IMG/VR virus record: IMGVR_UViG_3300025936_000020
Location: 1 to 64,000 of that record
Length of the DNA stretch: 64,000 nt
Reading direction: 5' to 3' (one strand)
Source: a virus
Taxonomy: Duplodnaviria; Caudoviricetes
This document shows, piece after piece, positions 62,264 through 64,000 of the stretch. A program made the translations under genes and the position numbers. The notes beneath the pieces are model-generated. The model was not told where the DNA came from and did no database searches. It saw only the letters and a list, made by a program, of their open reading frames with translations. Numbering within the stretch: position 1 is the first letter of the stretch; every line of letters starts with the position of its first letter.

Positions 62264-63334
62264 TCAATTCCGCGCTGTTGGCGTCGGCGATGTCCACGGA
62301 TTTTGGATTGTGTATGGGCTTCGGGTGCCGTACATCCTCGCAAAATAAGCGAGCATGTCTCCGTATCCCCCACCCCCACCTCCACCACCGACGTACGGCC
62401 TGCTGTCGTACTCGTAGCCTGGAATGCTCAAATCTTCAGCGTTGGCCCTGTCTGCCGCAGCAGACGACATCCACTTGCCGGCGCCCTTTGTTCCGGCAGG
62501 ACCGCCTCCGGCAACGCCCATACCGCCCAGCATGCCGCTGCCGTACGCGCGCTCGTAGAGATCCAGGACGTCAGAGACTTCGTTGTAGATGCCGGACTGG
62601 ACTTCGTTGAACCCGCGCGCGATGCGTTCCGCGCGGCCCGGCTGCCGGTAATACGCACGGTTGAGGTCCTCCTGGCCGGCCACGTCCTTGAGCAGGCCGA
62701 GATTCGCCGCGACATCCGATCGGGCCAGGCGGGTAGGTTCGAGATAACGCAAGGCCGGAATGTCCAACTGCCGGTACTGTTCGCCGCTGCCGATGATTCC
62801 GAGCCGGTTCAGGAGGTTCTGTTGTTCCAGATTCCCGGCCGTTCCGTAGGCGGCTGTCGAATATCCGAGAAGGTTCGGGACGGCCTGGGATGCCAATGCT
62901 TGGAGAGTACGGTCCTGGAGGAGTTGATCGTAAGTTCCGGTCCCCTGGTTGCCGTATCCGGCGCGCGCCTGAGCCGCCTTGCGTTGCCGAACCAATTCGT
63001 TCAGGGCAGGATTGATCAGAAAGTTTCCCAGCGCGTCCTGGTTCAGATGCAGAATGTCGGCGTAGGACTTGGTTGGGTCGTAAGCGCCGGTCGCGTACTG
63101 GTTCAGAAAGTTCAGGTTGCCGGAAGCGATCCGCCGGGCTTCAGGAGTATTCGCTGCGTAGGCGGCCAGGTAATCCGATTTGCCGGCAGGTGAAGCGCCG
63201 ACATCGTACTCGTTCCAGATGTTGTTGAGCCTGGCCTGTCGCGACGGATCGACGGTCGTGTAGCGAATGTCCGGACGATCCGATCTGAAGGCGCCAGCGA
63301 TTGCACCAGGGATGCTATTACCAGGCATGATCAA
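62264..63334 (-). CDS. putative ejection/internal virion (pilot-type) protein
   Basis: GAIAGAF N-terminus, RQRKAAQARAGYG segment, Gly-rich C-terminus. Confidence 0.65.
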   Translation of the reverse strand: MIMPGNSIPGAIAGAFRSDRPDIRYTTVDPSRQARLNNIWNEYDVGASPAGKSDYLAAYAANTPEARRIASGNLNFLNQYATGAYDPTKSYADILHLNQDALGNFLINPALNELVRQRKAAQARAGYGNQGTGTYDQLLQDRTLQALASQAVPNLLGYSTAAYGTAGNLEQQNLLNRLGIIGSGEQYRQLDIPALRYLEPTRLARSDVAANLGLLKDVAGQEDLNRAYYRQPGRAERIARGFNEVQSGIYNEVSDVLDLYERAYGSGMLGGMGVAGGGPAGTKGAGKWMSSAAADRANAEDLSIPGYEYDSRPYVGGGGGGGGYGDMLAYFARMYGTRSPYTIQNPWTSPTPTARN

Positions 63335-63337
63335 TCC

Positions 63338-63907
63338 TTACGCTTTAAGTTGCGGTGCCGCAATGGGTTTTTTCACGAACCAAGACAGGCACTCGCAGAG
63401 GACCGGCTTCAAACTCTCCTTCTCGCAGAACTTCGTCACCGCAGTTTGGACCCCGCATTTGAAGTGCGGATCATCCCTGTCGTAATAATCGTGCCCTCCA
63501 AAGATCGCGCCTGGCTTCACTTTCGGCCACCAAAGGCGGATGTCCCGGGTGATGTTTTCAAGGTTGTGATTGGCGTCCAGATACACGAAATCCAGCGATT
63601 CGGCGGCGAACATCCTGGAGGCCTGCTCGGAGGTTTCGCTTATGAAGAACTTGTTCTGGTAGGGCTGGAGTCTTGCCACAGCCAGACGCCTGGCCTCCTC
63701 GTAATCGACCATGTTGGTGCAGTCGGTATAGACATCATCGGGCCACCGGACGTATGGATCGACCAGGAACAATCGGGCGCACTGCCATCGCTGAAGGATC
63801 TTTTCAGCGTTCTCCCCATAGAGCACCCCAATCTCTGCTCCGTCGCCATGCAGTTCCATTGAATTGAGCAGGTCACCGATCTGGTCCCGGTGCGTTATGT
63901 CCATCAT
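63338..63907 (-). CDS. class I SAM methyltransferase (Methyltransf_24-like)
   Basis: GAEIGVLYG, FLVDPY, LDFVYLDANH, GGHDY. Confidence 0.85.
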   Translation of the reverse strand: MMDITHRDQIGDLLNSMELHGDGAEIGVLYGENAEKILQRWQCARLFLVDPYVRWPDDVYTDCTNMVDYEEARRLAVARLQPYQNKFFISETSEQASRMFAAESLDFVYLDANHNLENITRDIRLWWPKVKPGAIFGGHDYYDRDDPHFKCGVQTAVTKFCEKESLKPVLCECLSWFVKKPIAAPQLKA

Positions 63908-64000
63908 GGCGGAACGTCTCTGGCGGCCAGCAAAGCCTCGGCCAGAAGATTCTTCAGCCGGTCGTAGGACAGCTTCTGCCGCTCGTTGAAATCCAGCACG
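63904..64000 (-). CDS. 3' end of an upstream gene
   Basis: ...VLDFNERQKLSYDRLKNLLAEALLAARDVPP, with an ATGA overlap. Confidence 0.55.
   Translation of the reverse strand, partial: VLDFNERQKLSYDRLKNLLAEALLAARDVPP

Noticed and set aside
52281-63193. Long plus-strand ORFs opposite the ejection genes (for example 466, 415, 323 and 294 aa)
   Set aside because: These are antisense shadows typical of GC-rich coding DNA, with no motifs or start signals.
1-64000. CRISPR array, tRNA genes, diversity-generating retroelement, IS transposase
   Set aside because: I found no regularly spaced repeats, tRNA cloverleaf or T-loop consensus, reverse transcriptase or DDE transposase. The Cas4-like nuclease is a solo phage exonuclease.

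Overview
The window is a 64-kb internal segment of a large tailed dsDNA bacteriophage genome, probably podovirus-like and possibly temperate. It holds no host housekeeping genes, rRNA, tRNA or CRISPR array that I can support. Left to right: the start of a minus-strand late gene, a GIY-YIG endonuclease, an inverted and frameshifted large terminase, a minus-strand lysis/adhesin block in which about seven proteins (including an 866-aa fibre-like protein) carry signal peptides, a sugar epimerase/reductase plus glycosyltransferase, a replication module (initiator, primase-helicase), a ~1-kb densely structured non-coding region, ~27 kb of mostly plus-strand early/middle genes (many small Cys-rich proteins, a Ycf46-like AAA module, sugar 4,6-dehydratase and C-methyltransferase, RusA, recombinase, split Cas4-like exonuclease, tyrosine recombinase, glycosyltransferases), a minus-strand glycan-modification cluster, and three predicted ejection proteins including a 3017-aa polyvalent protein. 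Strongest leads: (1) a dispersed pathway for a methylated deoxy-sugar glycan together with exported fibre-like proteins; (2) a candidate large structured ncRNA; (3) an exonuclease gene interrupted by a 385-nt ORF-carrying insert at a CTT-TGA-C site. A Verrucomicrobiota-like host is my inference from protein style, not a search result. All family assignments come from motif recognition by eye and need HMM or structure confirmation. Several single-base frameshifts in homopolymers may be assembly errors.
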